Shown here one piece after another: positions 24,237 through 37,129 of a stretch of 64,000 bases of DNA. This DNA is from Stegostoma tigrinum (Eukaryota): assembly GCF_030684315.1 (NCBI RefSeq), contig NC_081396.1, positions 1,798,001 through 1,862,000 of the forward strand. The letters are read 5' to 3'. Within the stretch, counting starts at the first letter, position 1, and each line of letters opens with the position of its first letter. The notes below the pieces were generated by a model, which was not told the origin of the DNA, searched no databases, and worked only from the letters and a program-made list of their open reading frames with translations. A program made the position numbers and the translations under genes.

Positions 24237-26334
24237 TTCAGATGAACCTTCACAGACTCTTCCACACACAGACAATATGTGTTTCTCCCCAGTGTGAACG
24301 GTGCTTTCTCCTTTGATGCTCAAATTTCTGAGATAATTAGATTGTGATAAACAGAGTGGCTGTCAGATCTGGATGTGGTTTCATTTGAATTCTCTAATTG
24401 CACATCAAACTTTCAAGCTGAAAATAACAGTACTGAGAGAGAGAGAAAAAAAAAACAGAAAAACACAGGTTGTGAAACTCAGAAAATTAATCTCGTCAAT
24501 TGTGGATCTAACACTTGGTGAAACTGCTGGATTATCATGAAAATTGAACTGGTTCCTAAATGCCTTTCGGGAAGGGAAGCAGTCAGTGTTTGCACAAAAC
24601 TACAGAGAGAAAAAAAACAAAGGTTGTCAGAGAGTTGCGGCAGCTCCTGTGATGCAAATGTTTCTTGTGAATTTCCTCCAGGTTTTATACAGCAAAAACT
24701 TAAAATTATTTTTGGAACTTTTATAGTCAAAATAAAAAGCAAAGGAAAATGATGCGTACGAGTTTTATTTTTAAAATGTGGAGAGGATTTTTTTTTTCAC
24801 TTGGAGTTCGCGGATGAGGCCTTTCTATGTGTTTGTTGAATGTTGGCGTCTCTAGAGATTTTGTTTGAGACTTTGATCCTTCCAAAAAAACAATGTGAAG
24901 AAAATAATTTGTGAAGGAGGAGACATTGTCTCTCACACGGAGGTTGTGGGAGAGGCCTATCAATAGGTTTCTTCAGAGTTTTTTTCTGTTTTCACAGATG
25001 GAACTCTGAAGATTTTCCTTTTCAACTTGTTTGTTGTAACTGTTTAAATAATGACAGGATCAGGGAATGGCATTTCTTTTCTCAGATCCGGAGATTTGAA
25101 AGCTGACTGATAGCTTTCTCCTGAAGTGCTCTTTCTTCAGTTAATGGGGGTTTCATTTAAGTGATTGATCATTTAAAAAAAAATGTCTAACTTGTTTTCT
25201 CTTTTGCACACTTAACATTAAATTCTGTGGGTAAGGAAGGGCATTTTTAAAAATACATATACACAAGGCTCTTGAAAGAGCTTCTTCCTTTCAAGCTTAA
25301 TGTCACTGAGGGCATACAGGAGACACAAAGTGTGATGGTTAGGAGATTCAGAGAGGTGGTGACACAGCAGAATCAATCAGATAGATGGGTGACTGTCAGG
25401 AAAGAGAAGGAAGTAGTTCAGAAGATTTCTCTGGCTATTCCTCCCTCAAACAGATATTCTATTTGGGATATGTTGAAGAGGGTGTCTCTCAGAGGAAAAT
25501 AAAAGGGGCAGTCAGATCTAGGGCACGAAGAATGAATCTTGTATTAAGCAGGGTTTGTCAAGATATAAAAATATAATTGTTGCAGGGGACTCTCCAGTCA
25601 GAGGCACAGATAGGAGACTTTGTGGCTGTGAGCGTGAATCCAGGGTAGAACGTTGGTGCGAGGGTTAAGGACATTTCAAAATGGTTCAAGCATATTATCA
25701 AAGAGGGGAGAGAGAAGCTCAAAGTTGTTGTACATATTGGTAAAAATGGGACAGTTACATAAAAAGTTAAGGCTTTGAAGAGTAAATATGGGAGGGTAGG
25801 TAGAACGTTAAAAATCAGAAACTCAAAGATATTTTAAAAGCTCTGGTTTACTCCGAGTGCCACATCCTAGTGAGACTAGAAAATAAAAAGATCAGGTAGG
25901 AAAACCAATGGCTGAAGAGATCATACAATGTGCAAGGATTCAGATTTTTGGATCATTGATATCTCTTCTGGGGCAGAAAAGACCTGTTCAAAAGGGGTGG
26001 GTTTCACCTGAACTTGAAAGGGACCAACGTCCTGGTGGCGAGATTTGCTAGTTCTATTTTTGGAGCCTTTAAACTGGTAGAGGAGGTGTGGAGTGTTCCT
26101 ATGGAGTAGTGAAAATAGAAAGACTGATAAGGATGGTTCTGAATTCTAATAAAAGCTTGTTAATTAAAAGAGCACACAAGAGCAAGTTAGAGAATAAAGT
26201 AACTCTGAAGAATCAAACAAAATTTATATAAATGCATGGGGTCTTACAGGTAAGGCTTATGTACTCAGGACATGTTTCGGGACATGGGATTAGGACGTCA
26301 CAGCTATTCCAGAACCTTGGCTAGCAGTTCAATG

Positions 26335-27925
26335 TAAGAGATAACAGCGTAGAGCTGGAGGAACACAGCAGGCCAGGCAGCATCAGGCACTAGGAAAGTT
26401 GATGTTTTGCGTCAGGACCCTTCTTCAGAAATGGGGGAGGGTGAAGGGAGCTCAGAAATAGAGGGGAGGGGCTGCGAAAGGTAGGTGGGATAATAGTGGA
26501 GTGCAAGTTAGCAGTGGTGGGTATTGGTCAGTGAAAGGAGGAGCGGATAGGTGGGAGAGAAAATGATCAGGTTGTGTCAGGTCAAAGAGTCAGGGATGAA
26601 AGGGAGGGTTGGTCATGGGATGACGCCAGGGGTGGGGAGATTTTGAAATTGGTAAAGTCCACATTTAGATCATTGGGTTGTAGGTTCCTGAGGCAGAATA
26701 TGAGGTGCTACTCCTCCACTTTCCAGATGGCATCATTGTGACACTGGAGGAAGCCCAGGATAGACATGAGTGGGAGAGGAGTTAAAATGGTTTGCGACCA
26801 GAAGACGTAATTTGTCGCGGACTGTGCGCAGGTGCTGTACAAAGTGGTTTCTGAACCTCCGCCTGGTCTCACCAATGTACAGGGGGCCACATTGGGATCA
26901 GCGGATGCAACAGACCACATTGATGGATGTGCAGATGAACCTCTGTCTGATGTGGAAGATTTGTTTAATGCCTTGAATGAAGGTGAGGGGGAGGTGTAGC
27001 ACCTCCTGCAGTTGAAGGGAAAGATGCCGGGGGTGGTGGGGCTAGTGGACTGGACAAGGGAGTTGCGGAGAGTGTGGTCCCTACGAAAAGCAGATATAGG
27101 TGGGGAGGGAAATATAACCTTCATTGTAGGTGAGAAAGGTATCTTGGATACTGAGGTTAGTGGAGTGATGTGTGAGGACAAGGAGGATTCTGTCTTTGTT
27201 TTTGTTGAGGGGAGGGGATGTGAGGGGAGAGGTGCGGGAAATGGAAGAGATGCGATCAAGAGCATTTTCAACCACTGAAATATGAGGACATCTGGGATGT
27301 TTGGGAGTAGAATGCCTCAACTTGGGAGCAGGGGATTGCATTCTTGCAGGAATGTGGGTGAGGGGAGGTGTAGTCAAGGTAGCTGTGGGAGTTGGTGGGC
27401 TTGAAATAGATGTTGGGTTTCAAGGCAGTCATCAGAGATGGAGACAGAGAGGTCCAGGAAGGAGAGAGAGGTATCAGAGATGACCCAAGTGAATTTGAGG
27501 TTGGGGTGTAGGTTGTTAGTAAAGTTGATGAACTGTTCAAGCTCCTCGTGGGAGCACAAGTCAGCAGTGATACAGTCATCAGTGTTGCGGAGGAAGAGCA
27601 GGGGATAGTGCCAGTGTAGTAGCGGAAGAGGGATTGTTCCACGTATCCTACGAAGAGGCAGGCACAGCTTGGGCCCATGTCGGTTCCTTAGTTTGTAGGA
27701 AGTGGGAGGAGTTAAATGAGAAAGGAAATGGCATCACCGACACAGGAAATGACATCACCAACCCAAGGAAACCGAAACAGATAAATAGAAAGCCAGACAT
27801 AACACCAGCGCTTCACCGGAGGCTCACTGATGATACTACCTAGAATGGTGACGAAACTTCTGAAAACTAACCTTCCAGCTCAGCGAGCAAACTCACATCC
27901 AGTTAAAGGAGAAGTTATTCAATGT
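26335..27925 (-). mobile_element. 5'-truncated Penelope-like element inserted in CR1
   Basis: Minus ORFs MGPSCACLFVGYVEQSLF and NLHPNLKFTW plus the GIY-YIG region; tail with decayed hammerhead (CTGAAGA AGGGTCCTGACGC AAAA CATC) at ~26400-26428; 'ttcaatgt' at both junctions. Confidence 0.9.
27723..27900 (+). mobile_element. Short family-2 hammerhead-bearing insertion nested in the Penelope element
   Basis: CTGATGA-TACTACC-TAGAAT-GGTGAC-GAAA-CTTC at 27827-27860, homologous to the arms of 18655-19065. TSD agttaaatgagaa (27710-27722) / agttaaaggagaa (27901-27913). Confidence 0.8.
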
Positions 27926-28564
27926 TCTGGGTTTCAGTTGCTATACGAAGGATAGAAAGAGATGCAAGAAAGAAGGGGGAAGTGACATTTTTGATTAAGG
28001 AAAACATGACTACTATATTTTGAGAGGAAATTTCTAAAGGATAATCCAGTGAACCTATATGGGTCGAACTTAGAAATAAGAAAGGGATGGTCGACTTCAT
28101 GAGATTATACCGTTATACCGTAGGCCCACCCAGTGGTCAAAGAAAATTGATGAGCAAATATGTAGTAATCTCATACATATGTAAGAATAAGAGGGTTGTT
28201 ACAGCAGAGGATTTTAGTTTTCCAAACATTGACTGGAACTGCCATATTGTTGAGGACTTGGAGGGGAATAATTTGTTAAAATTTGTTCAAGAATATTTTC
28301 TTTATCAATATGTAAATTGTACTTTTTTCAAAAGGAGCAAAACTTGACCTTCTCTTGGGAAGTAAAGCAGAGCAATTTACTGAAGTGTGAGAAGAACATT
28401 TTTAGACTCATGATCATATTTTTGTTAGTTTTAATTTAGGTATGCAAAAATCGATTGGCCCTAAAAGTCAAACTTCATTATAGAAGTCAAATTTTAATAG
28501 TATGAGGTAGGAACTTAAGTTGATTTGGGTAGACTATTCACAGGTAAAGGGATGATGGACAACT

Positions 28565-29268
28565 GGTAAGGAAAATAAAATTTGAAAACTGTCAGGATAA
28601 TGGGAGGCTGGCAAAGACTGTTTCAAATAAGTAATCACACATTAAGCACGATGTGACAAGAAAGGGAGAATGAACAAGGGACAAAGCAAATAAATCAGTT
28701 CAGCCCACAGCAGTTATGGGGCACACAGACAAGCGTGGATAAACATGGAATAACAACTAAGTGACTAAAATAGATAAAGTAGAGTAATTGTGTGAGCATT
28801 CGTGCTGGCATGTGTAGGGTTGATGTGATGTGTGACAAGATAAGATAAATACTAACATAAGGGAGTGAGGTCACTTTAAGGTTGGAAAGCCATTGTGGCA
28901 GAACTAGCAGTAGAAACATATTTCTAATAGAATAAGTTAGAGATAAGTCAGAAGTAGAAGAAACCATTGTGGCAAGATAAGGAATTATATCATGAATTAA
29001 GTAGTGGAGGGAAAAACCATAGTGGTGGGAGTGGAAAGATAAGACAGGCTGACTTAACTGGTTTGAGATAAGATAACTCAGACTGACCCAGTTGGGCATG
29101 CTGATGAGCTGAGCAAGAGACTGGTATCAAAAGGGTACAAGAAGTGCAAGCCAAAGAGGCTCGGGGGCACTCTAGGAAAATATTTCTGGATTGTCACGGC
29201 TTTTATTTGCAAATAAAAGATCATCTTCTTGAGGAACTCTCTGCGTCTCCGAGTGACTTTCTACCACA
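28565..29268 (+). mobile_element. Probable solo LTR inserted in CR1
   Basis: ~700-bp non-CR1 block splits CR1 'ggacaactgg | gtgggaggctttcaaa'. It ends in ...CA, with AATAAA ~55 bp before the end and a U5-like 'gcgtctccgagtgactttctaccaca'. The 5' TG and TSD are imperfect. Confidence 0.5.
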
Positions 29269-32200
29269 GTGGGAGGCTTTCAAAGCGTGATAATGAGAGT
29301 TCAGAGACATTATGTTTCTGACTGAAGTGTGAGGTTGATAAGTGGAGGCAGTAATGGATGAATAAAGATATTAAGCTTCTGGTCAAAAGTTTAAAAAGAA
29401 ACCAAATGTTAGATGTAGACAACTGAGATCAAGTAAATCTTTTGAAGAGGACAAAGGGTGTAGGGACATTCTTAAGAGGGAAATCAGGAGGGCAAACAGG
29501 GGACATGAGATAGCTTGGCAAATAAGGTGAAGGATAAGCCAAAGATATTTGGCAACTACATAAAGAGGAAAAGAGAAACTAGAGGAAAAAAAACTCGGGT
29601 CCGTTAAACATCAAAGAGGTCAACTGAGTGTTGAATCTTAGGAGATGGGAGAGATAATAAACAAATATTTTGTGTCAGTTTTTACTGTGCAGAAAGAAAT
29701 GGAGGCTGGAGAATTCAGGGAAATAAATGTTGCTGCTTTTAAACTGCTTAAAAACAGTTTACGTTACAGAAAATGAAGTTCTGAAGATCTTAGAGAACAT
29801 AATGGTGGATAAACGTCTGAGGAATAAATTGTAGGGCCGTTGGTATATCATCTATCACCATGCGTGAAGTGCCAGGGGACTGAGTGGTGACAAATATTGT
29901 GCCTTTATTTAATAAAGGCTGTGAGGAGAAGCCTGGGAACTGTACACCTGTCATTGTGACATGTCGTGGGTAAGTTGTTGGAGGTGATTCCGAATGATAG
30001 GACTTACATCCACTTGGAGATGCAAAGACTAATTAAAGATAGTCGGTGTGGCTTTGTGGAGGGAAATACTGTCTCACAAACTTGATTGAGGGTTTTTTGA
30101 GGAAATGACCAAAATGCTTAAGGAAGACCGAGTGGTAGACATTATTTAAATGGACTTTAGTAAAGAACTTTGACAATTTTCCACATGATAGACTAATTAG
30201 TAAAGTTAGCTCACATGGGATTTGGGGAATGTGTGCCAATTGGATACAAAATTGGCTCGATGATGGCAGAGGGTGGTGGTGGAGGGTTGTTTTTTTCTTG
30301 AACTAGAGGCCTGTGATCAGTGGTGTTCTACAGTGATTGATATTGGGTCCACTTTTGTTTGTCATTTATATAAACTACTTGGATGAGAATTTATGAGGCA
30401 CAGTTAGTAAGTTTGCAGATGACACCAAAATTGGCACTATAGCAGACTGTGAAAAAATGTTATCTGAAATTACAAAGAGATCTTGATCAACTGGATCATT
30501 GGGCTGAGAAGTTAGAAATGGAGTTTAATTTGGATAAAGGTGAGGTACTGCACTGTAGTAAAACAAACAAGGGTAAGACTTATACAATTAATGGCAGGGT
30601 CTTGGGAAGTGTTGTAAAACTGAGAGATCTAGCATTTCAGGTCAATAAATCTTTGAAATTTGGGTCACAGATAGTCACAGTGGTTAAGGAGATAGTCAGG
30701 GTGGTTAAGGAGGCATCCAATATGCTTGTCTTCATTGCTCAGAGGAAGGAGTATAGGAGTCGGGACATCATGTTGAGTTTGTACAGGATGATGCTGAGAC
30801 CTCTCTGGAAAACAGTGTACAGTTCTGGTTGCAGTTATCGGAAGGATATTATTAAATTGGAGAGAATTCAGAAAAGGTTTACTAAAATGTTGCCAGGCAT
30901 GGAGGGCTTGAGCTAGAAGGTTAGAGTGGGATATTTTTCACTAGAGCAAAGGAGATTGAGGCGTGACTTCATAGATGTTCACAAAATCATTGGGAACACA
31001 GACAAGGTGAATAGCAAGGCTATTTTCCCTTGCGTGGAGGAGTTCAAAACAAAAGGGCATATTTTTATGATGAGAAAAAAGATTTAAAAACGACATGAAT
31101 GGCATTTTTTTTAAATTAGAGAGTGGTTCGCATGTGAAGTGAACTGCCAGAAGCAGTAGATGCAGTTACAGCTACAACATTTAAAAGACATTTGGATAAG
31201 TACATGAATAGGAAAGGTTTGGAGGGATATGGGCCAAAGGCAGGCACGTACAACTGGTTTAGTTTCGGAACAAGGTCAGTGTGGACTAGTTGGAGCAAAG
31301 GGACTGTTTCCGTGCTGTATGACTATGACACAATCAGTGGAAGAGGCAAGAATGAAGAAGTGGCATTTTCTAGATCTGCAACTCACTCCTGCTCCTCTTT
31401 TCTCCCCATCCCCTTCAGTCCCTCCTAATATTCATCCTCGCATTTCCAAGTCTGAATCTGACGTAAAAATACACCAGAACTACCCCACCCGAGGGAAAAG
31501 ACCTTTGTTATTCACCGTATCTATATTCCTGATGATTTTATAAAGCTCAGTGAAGTCACCCCTCAACCTCCACCACTCAAGTGAAAGACGTCCCACCCTA
31601 ACCTTATAACTATCTAAGCAAACACACTGGTTCCCAATCCTCTGTCATACTGGTTTATAACCTCACCAATGGAACTAGCAAAAGCCTCGACAAGGATATT
31701 TGACCCAGCTCTGCCTGGGGCAACCAGTCAGGCTTGTACAGGTTCCAACTTCCATAGAAACTTTCCCAACATCTCAAATTCTAAACCCTTACATAGTTTA
31801 CCATTTCCTCAGACATGCATTCAACTTTATCCTCTTAACTGTGGTGTCTTTGACATTCTTAGGATTACGAATGCTCCACAATGAGTTTGCAAACAACTAC
31901 AGCACTGAAAAACAGTTAGCCAGCAGTTGCAGACAGACAAACTTCCTGCACGCACTGCCATCAGGGATACTGGAAGCATTCCTCATTTCCCGCATTGTGT
32001 AAAATGGGGACATTCCCACATCAGGGGTCTGAGGTCTCCTGTCATGTCTTCTCTCGAGATTATCCTAGTTACTCCATTGAAGAGAATGTAACTGATCTAG
32101 GGATCTTCCTTCTTTTCAAACATAATCAAAAGCTCCTAACTGTACTTAAGCTGAATAGTGCACTTTAAAAAAACTGTAAGAAAATACTCTGCAGGTATCA

Positions 32201-32379
32201 GTGAACAATTGCCTGTTTCCACTGGGATTGTGTCACTCTCTGAACTAACCAAACTGAAACTGAGTACACTCAATCTTTCAGCTGCACCTTCTCCCTTTCC
32301 CACCTGTTTTCAGTGGGCTCCAAAGCACTCTAATTAAGCCAAGCAGCATTCACAGTGCAGTTTTGTCATTACAACTGTC

Positions 32380-32520
32380 TGTTCACACCTACTCCAACCT
32401 CAGCCTCTTATCGAGCTGCATTGTAATACAACATGAGCTCAGGGAACAACATCTCATCTTCCAATTCAGCTGTTTATAACCCTCCAGGCTCAACACGGAC
32501 TTTAGCACATTCAGGATCGA
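32380..32520 (+). mobile_element. Penelope GIY-YIG C-terminal fragment
   Basis: EQHLIFQFSCL*PSRLNTDFSTF matches EQELIFRLGTLQPNGINVDFTSF at 7110-7180. Confidence 0.6.
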
Positions 32521-33029
32521 CAGAGTTGTTAGAATCTGGTACATTCCACCTAAAAAGGTGCTGGAATAAAGTCCATAAGGCATTTTAAAAGGAAGTTTGC
32601 AGGTATTTAAGAATGAGAAATCTATCGGTTAAAATCATGATGTGTGATTGAGATGAAATAGGACAGTTCTATGAGAGACAATATGTAATTTGGATTATTG
32701 GCCCTCTCAGGTCAATATCTCCTTCCTCAGCTGCAGAACCCAGGACTGAACAGATATACCAGCAGTGATCTAAGCAGGAATTTAAACATTTTGATGCTTT
32801 TCGAGTTACAAATATATCAGAATTATTTTCCCATAGACAGAACAAACCTTTTTTCCTTCCACAGGTAAATGCCTATGATAATCAGATCCCGATCACTCCG
32901 CTGACTGTCAGAAATTGTTTTGAGATACCGGTCTCAATGAATATCCTATAAAACAAATTCACAAAAGAATAATCACTCTCAGTGCAAGACAGAAATCTGG
33001 AAACGACAAACACTTGCCTTGGTATTAAT

Positions 33030-33440
33030 TTTGCCCGGGCCAGAAGGAAGTGAGCATCTGCACGCTGCTGCACTTTGCCCCCAATAAAGATGGCGGCGGT
33101 AACACGAGGCCTATCACCGCCTAAGGCCCACACGTTGTTTTCGCGTTCGCTTCGAAAGAGGGTCTAGGAGTTTCTAATTCGGGTCTACCAGCCTACAGTG
33201 GGTGTTTATGAACCGTCCCACTCTAGGCTGACTCCATCATTTTTCTCCCGTTTCCGCTATTTCCCCCACCTTTCCCGTCCCCGCGTCTCAGGCTCACTCC
33301 GGCGCCAGTCACAGCAGCTCTGCTCCGTTAGCGTTAACGGTCACGTGCCCCCGCCCCTCCTTGGCTCCTATTGGTTGGAGGAACTACCGCTTCACTTGGT
33401 CCTCCAGCGACGCCCACTACCTTCCTATTGGTCGCTCACC
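33030..33440 (-). promoter_or_regulatory. CpG-rich promoter and non-coding first exon, probably of ZNF gene B
   Basis: Read on the minus strand: CCAAT boxes (~33430, ~33372), dyad 33376-33406, GC box, E-box GTCACGTG 33340-33347, donor GGA|GTGAGC at 33297, YY1 AAGATGGCGGC 33087-33097. Order and spacing match 10320-10670. Confidence 0.72.
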
Positions 33441-34391
33441 TCCTTCAATCATTCGGACCTTCTCGTGAGATGAGTCACTGGAGCAATCTGGCCTCTGCAC
33501 TCGGTTGAGCTTCATCATTCGTAATAACGTGGTGCAGTATCACAGAGCGCAGGGGCTAGTGGACATTCAGGCCGTGAATCTGTGCTCTGTTACTCGAGAA
33601 ACACTGCAAGTCTATTCAACTCCCTTCCTTTTGCCCTTTGCCCATAGCCGTCCAAATCTTCACTAAAATGTTAAATTCCAAGTCTCTTTCGAGAAAAAGC
33701 AACGAATCTGCATCTAGCTGCCGTTCAGACTGTTCCAGATTCTCTCAACTTGCTTAGTAAAATAATCTTCACATTTTCACCCTGTATTATGAGCCAATTG
33801 TCCAAAAGCTGTGTTTACCAAACATATTTTTTCCGTCTCTCTGCAAATGAAATATCCTGAAAACAAATCTACATCTCTACTAAATCATTGCTTCAAGTTC
33901 CCAGCTCTGCAGACAATGATCTGAGATACTGGCATCTTTTGACAAAACAGAAACCTAAATTAATTTATAGATGGGGTGTGTTTTTTGCTGCCCCGATTAG
34001 TATTTATTGTCTATCTTTAATTTACTTGGAGAAAGTGATCCTGAACTTCCCTCTTGAACCTCGTATTCCATGTCTGTAAATCAATCACAGTGCTGTTTAG
34101 ACAATAATCTCCTCCAGCCCCGCAATCTTCCCTATCTCTATAATAGCCTCCAGCCTTCAACCCTCCATCCCTGTGTAAAGGAGCACAGGAAAGTTTATTG
34201 AAAGCACAGCTACAACACATTGCACATTACAGAACATTCCGTTGGTTTACTGAAATGTTATAATGCAATATTTGACATGGAGATTTTGTTAAGGTCTGCT
34301 TGTGTTGTGAGTTTGTAAATTCACTCTGTCACATCTCTCCCTGCGTGACTTTGCATGATGCTCCAAGCACAACTTTTGTGTTTTTGTACTT

Positions 34392-34525
34392 TTCTAATGA
34401 AAGGTCTGGGCCCGAAACATCAGCTTTCCTGCTCCTCTGATGCTCTTGGCCTGCTGTGTTCATCCAGCTCCACACCTTGTTATCTCAGATTCTTCAGCAT
34501 CTGCAGTTCCTATTATCTCTGATAC
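34392..34525 (+). mobile_element. Short Penelope-tail element (family 1) with decayed hammerhead
   Basis: ctaatgaaaggtctgggcccgaaacatcagc...; flanked by acaacttttgTGttt (34369-34383) / acaacttttgCAttt (34524-34538). Confidence 0.8.
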
Positions 34526-34799
34526 AACTTTTGCATTTCTTTTCCAGGCCCAACTCCCTTCCTTACGGCCTTGAGGGATGAAATCTTTGTCATTTAAGCT
34601 CTTCTGTCTTCTACCCTATCACAGACCATCTTTTTGTCCTTATCTCATCCCCATCTTACTCAAAGCCCAGTACATTTCTTATCATTCCCAGGCCTATGTG
34701 ATGTCACAGCACTCACTGGGTGAGTGGCGCGAGGTTTGAAATCTTTCTCCAGAGAGAATCTGAAATCTTTTTTAGATGGAGGGTCCCTAGAGTCTATTT

Positions 34800-35095
34800 T
34801 GAAAAACAGTGAAATCGTTTCAGACCTATGTTTGAACCTTCGCCCACAATTTAGAGCTTTTAGAGCTGTGCTGTATGTCCAATCTGTGATCCTCCCACAA
34901 TCCGAAAATGAGCAGATTTAGGTGGATTGGCCATGCTAAATTGGCCATTGTGTGTAGTTTAGGTGGATTGGGTTAGCCGTGGTAAATGCAGGGTTGTGGG
35001 GACTATGTGAGGGAATAGATCTGGTTAGAATGCTCTTCAGAGTGCCAATACAGACTCAATGGACTTTTTCTGCACTGTCGGGATTCTATGATTCT
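34800..35095 (+). mobile_element. Degenerate HE1-type SINE
   Basis: 'ggtggattggccatgctaaattg' core and 'gggattctatgattcta' tail. Confidence 0.75.
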
Positions 35096-36288
35096 AAGCA
35101 GTTGCATCATGGTCATGTCTTCCTCATGCCAGCCCTGCACCGCCATTCAGCTCACTTTCACACGCTTCCTTTGTGTTTCTTGGGTTCTCACTATCTCCGT
35201 TCTGTCTGCTTTACATCAACTTCACAGTGTATTTGAAGGTGAGAATGAATTTGTAATACAAATAGTTCACTTGAAAGCCCTCACAGATTAGGAACTGTTT
35301 CTGCTGCCTGCATCACTCACAAGAAACAGGAAAATAAAGGCTCAGTCACAATGCTGACAGGAACAGACAAGCGATAAACACTGGTAAAGATTGAATAGCT
35401 TAAAATTCGTTTCTCAAGTAAAGAGAAGGCTGAGTGATAATGCACTGCAAATGAGAAGCTTTGACCTTGCTTTGCCGGGGCTTTGAGGTTGAAATCATTG
35501 AACCTGAAACATGCTTCATTTCCCCTGGATTGTCAGAGGCTCTGTCTAAATGAGTTATTTCTGTCTGTCTGTCTAATCGAGCTAACCATCAGATTGACAG
35601 GTCACTGTCTCTGTGTCTTTACAAGTCCCCGATTGAATCTTCCTCCGCCCAACCCATCCCCCCCAGCCCCATCACCCACTCTCAGGCCCCTCACCACTCA
35701 CTGGGTCACCGAGATGCTCTGTCATTAGAATGAGAATGATTTGTTTTCTTTTATGTGGCTTCTCCTGCATCTGCCCACTTCCCACTTCCACATTTTAAAT
35801 TTCAGCTGCCTCTCATACACCCTGATGTGTTTTTGATGAGCTCGAACGGAGAGCAGACTGAAACTGAGAATTTAAGTTTCAGAATGAAAGAGGAATAGAA
35901 AAATGGAGTGTTTTTGTTTTCTGTCCCGGGGAATGGGTTGTTTGATCATGACATTTGAAATGAGCGCTCATTAAAAAAAATTCTGTCGAAATTCAGGAGA
36001 GAGAATCGGAAGAGTAAGAAGCAGAGTTAACGTTTCAGAACTTTATCAAAGTTCTGCTTTCTCTCTCATCCTGCCAGACCTGTTGGGCTGTTTTCCAGCA
36101 ATTTCTGTTTCTGCTTCGGATTCCCAGCATCTGCAGCTCTTTATGTTAGTCATTTAAACAATATAGCTATAACTTTGTGGTTACTCACTGGATGAGATTT
36201 CTGTTTTGGGAACATTTTTTTCTGATCCCACTGACGGTTCGGAACCGTGCAGTAAAGGAAACAGATGGAGTCTAATCAGTGAAAGCTC

Positions 36289-36362
36289 AGCCCGTGGGTG
36301 GTCTCGAACAGCTAACCATTCAGTTAACAGCCAAACACGCTGAAAAATTGCATCATACATTC
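36289..36362 (-). pseudogene. tRNA-Asn(GTT) pseudogene
   Basis: Minus strand 'gaatgtatgatgcaatttttcagcgtgtttggctGTTaactgaatggttagctgttcgagaccacccacgggct' aligns without gaps to vertebrate tRNA-Asn (…GCGCGTTCGGCTGTTAACCGAAAGGTTGGTGGTTCGAGCCCACCCAGGGAC). The acceptor and D arms are broken. Confidence 0.8.
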
Positions 36363-36556
36363 AGGCAACTTTGCTATTTGCACATTTCCGAAAGCACGCT
36401 GGCAGTGAGTTTGAGTTTCAGATTGCCAATCCCAGAATGACAATTGTCCTTCGCCAGTTTTGCTTTTTCCAAAATAAAGCCTAGGGCATTTATTGTAGTG
36501 ACATGAAAGCAGTATGATTCGACACTTGTAGGCACATTCATGTCACCGTGAGCCAG

Positions 36557-36652
36557 ATCTGAAGAAAGGTCTAGGCCCGAAATGTCAGCCTTCCTGCTCT
36601 TCTGATGCTGCTTGGCCTGCTGTATTCATCCAGCTCCACACCTTGTTTTCTC
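36557..36652 (+). mobile_element. Short Penelope-tail element (family 1) with hammerhead motif
   Basis: CTGAAGA-AAGGTCTAGGCCC-GAAA-TGTC at 36559-36586, followed by the family-1 tail. Confidence 0.8.
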
Positions 36653-37129
36653 CAAAACCCAGGGCCATTTCCCTTCAACATTCCACAGATGAATATCCGT
36701 TCATAGCATCTTCTTTACCTGAGGTGTCAATTTCATCAACAGTCACCTCAGCAGTACTTCAAAAACTGGAGAGCTATTTCTAGAATTTCACAGCACAATG
36801 CATGACGTCATGTAAACATGTATCAAAGCCAGCACTCCCTACTGAATCAAGATTGACAGTCAAAGATTTCAATCAAGGGTTAGGTTGAGAACTGGTGATA
36901 TATGATTTCCAACGCAATGTTACCAGTTCTGACTCCCATCCTTGCTTTAAAGATCTTTACAATAACGACTGTCCTCGTAGCCTTCCACCTCCCATAAATA
37001 TGAACTCACTGAAAGGTCTCCTTTCTGAATCCCCTCTCTCTCCCACTTCCTTCAAGGCACTCTTAAAAACTAGTATTACTTTCCTGCATATCTCATGCAA
37101 CATATTGTCAAATTCTATTTAACATAAAC

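Larger units (their letters stand above)
25280..31330 (+). mobile_element. Near full-length decayed CR1 LINE (ORF1 esterase + ORF2 APE/RT) with nested insertions
   Basis: ORF1 SGNH relics (GDSPVRGTDRRLCG ~25585; VVVHIG ~25725; GFHLNLKGTNVL ~26000). APE start ~26225, resuming at 27925 (IWVELRNKKG, EDFSFPNIDW). RT KFADDTKIG at 30409; 3' tail 'tgctgtatgactatgac' ~31330. Confidence 0.9.

Noticed and set aside
24237-24323. ORF-track start of ZNF gene B
   Set aside because: The codon is TTG and the segment is a decayed finger; the first ATG is at 24236, unless an upstream coding exon exists.
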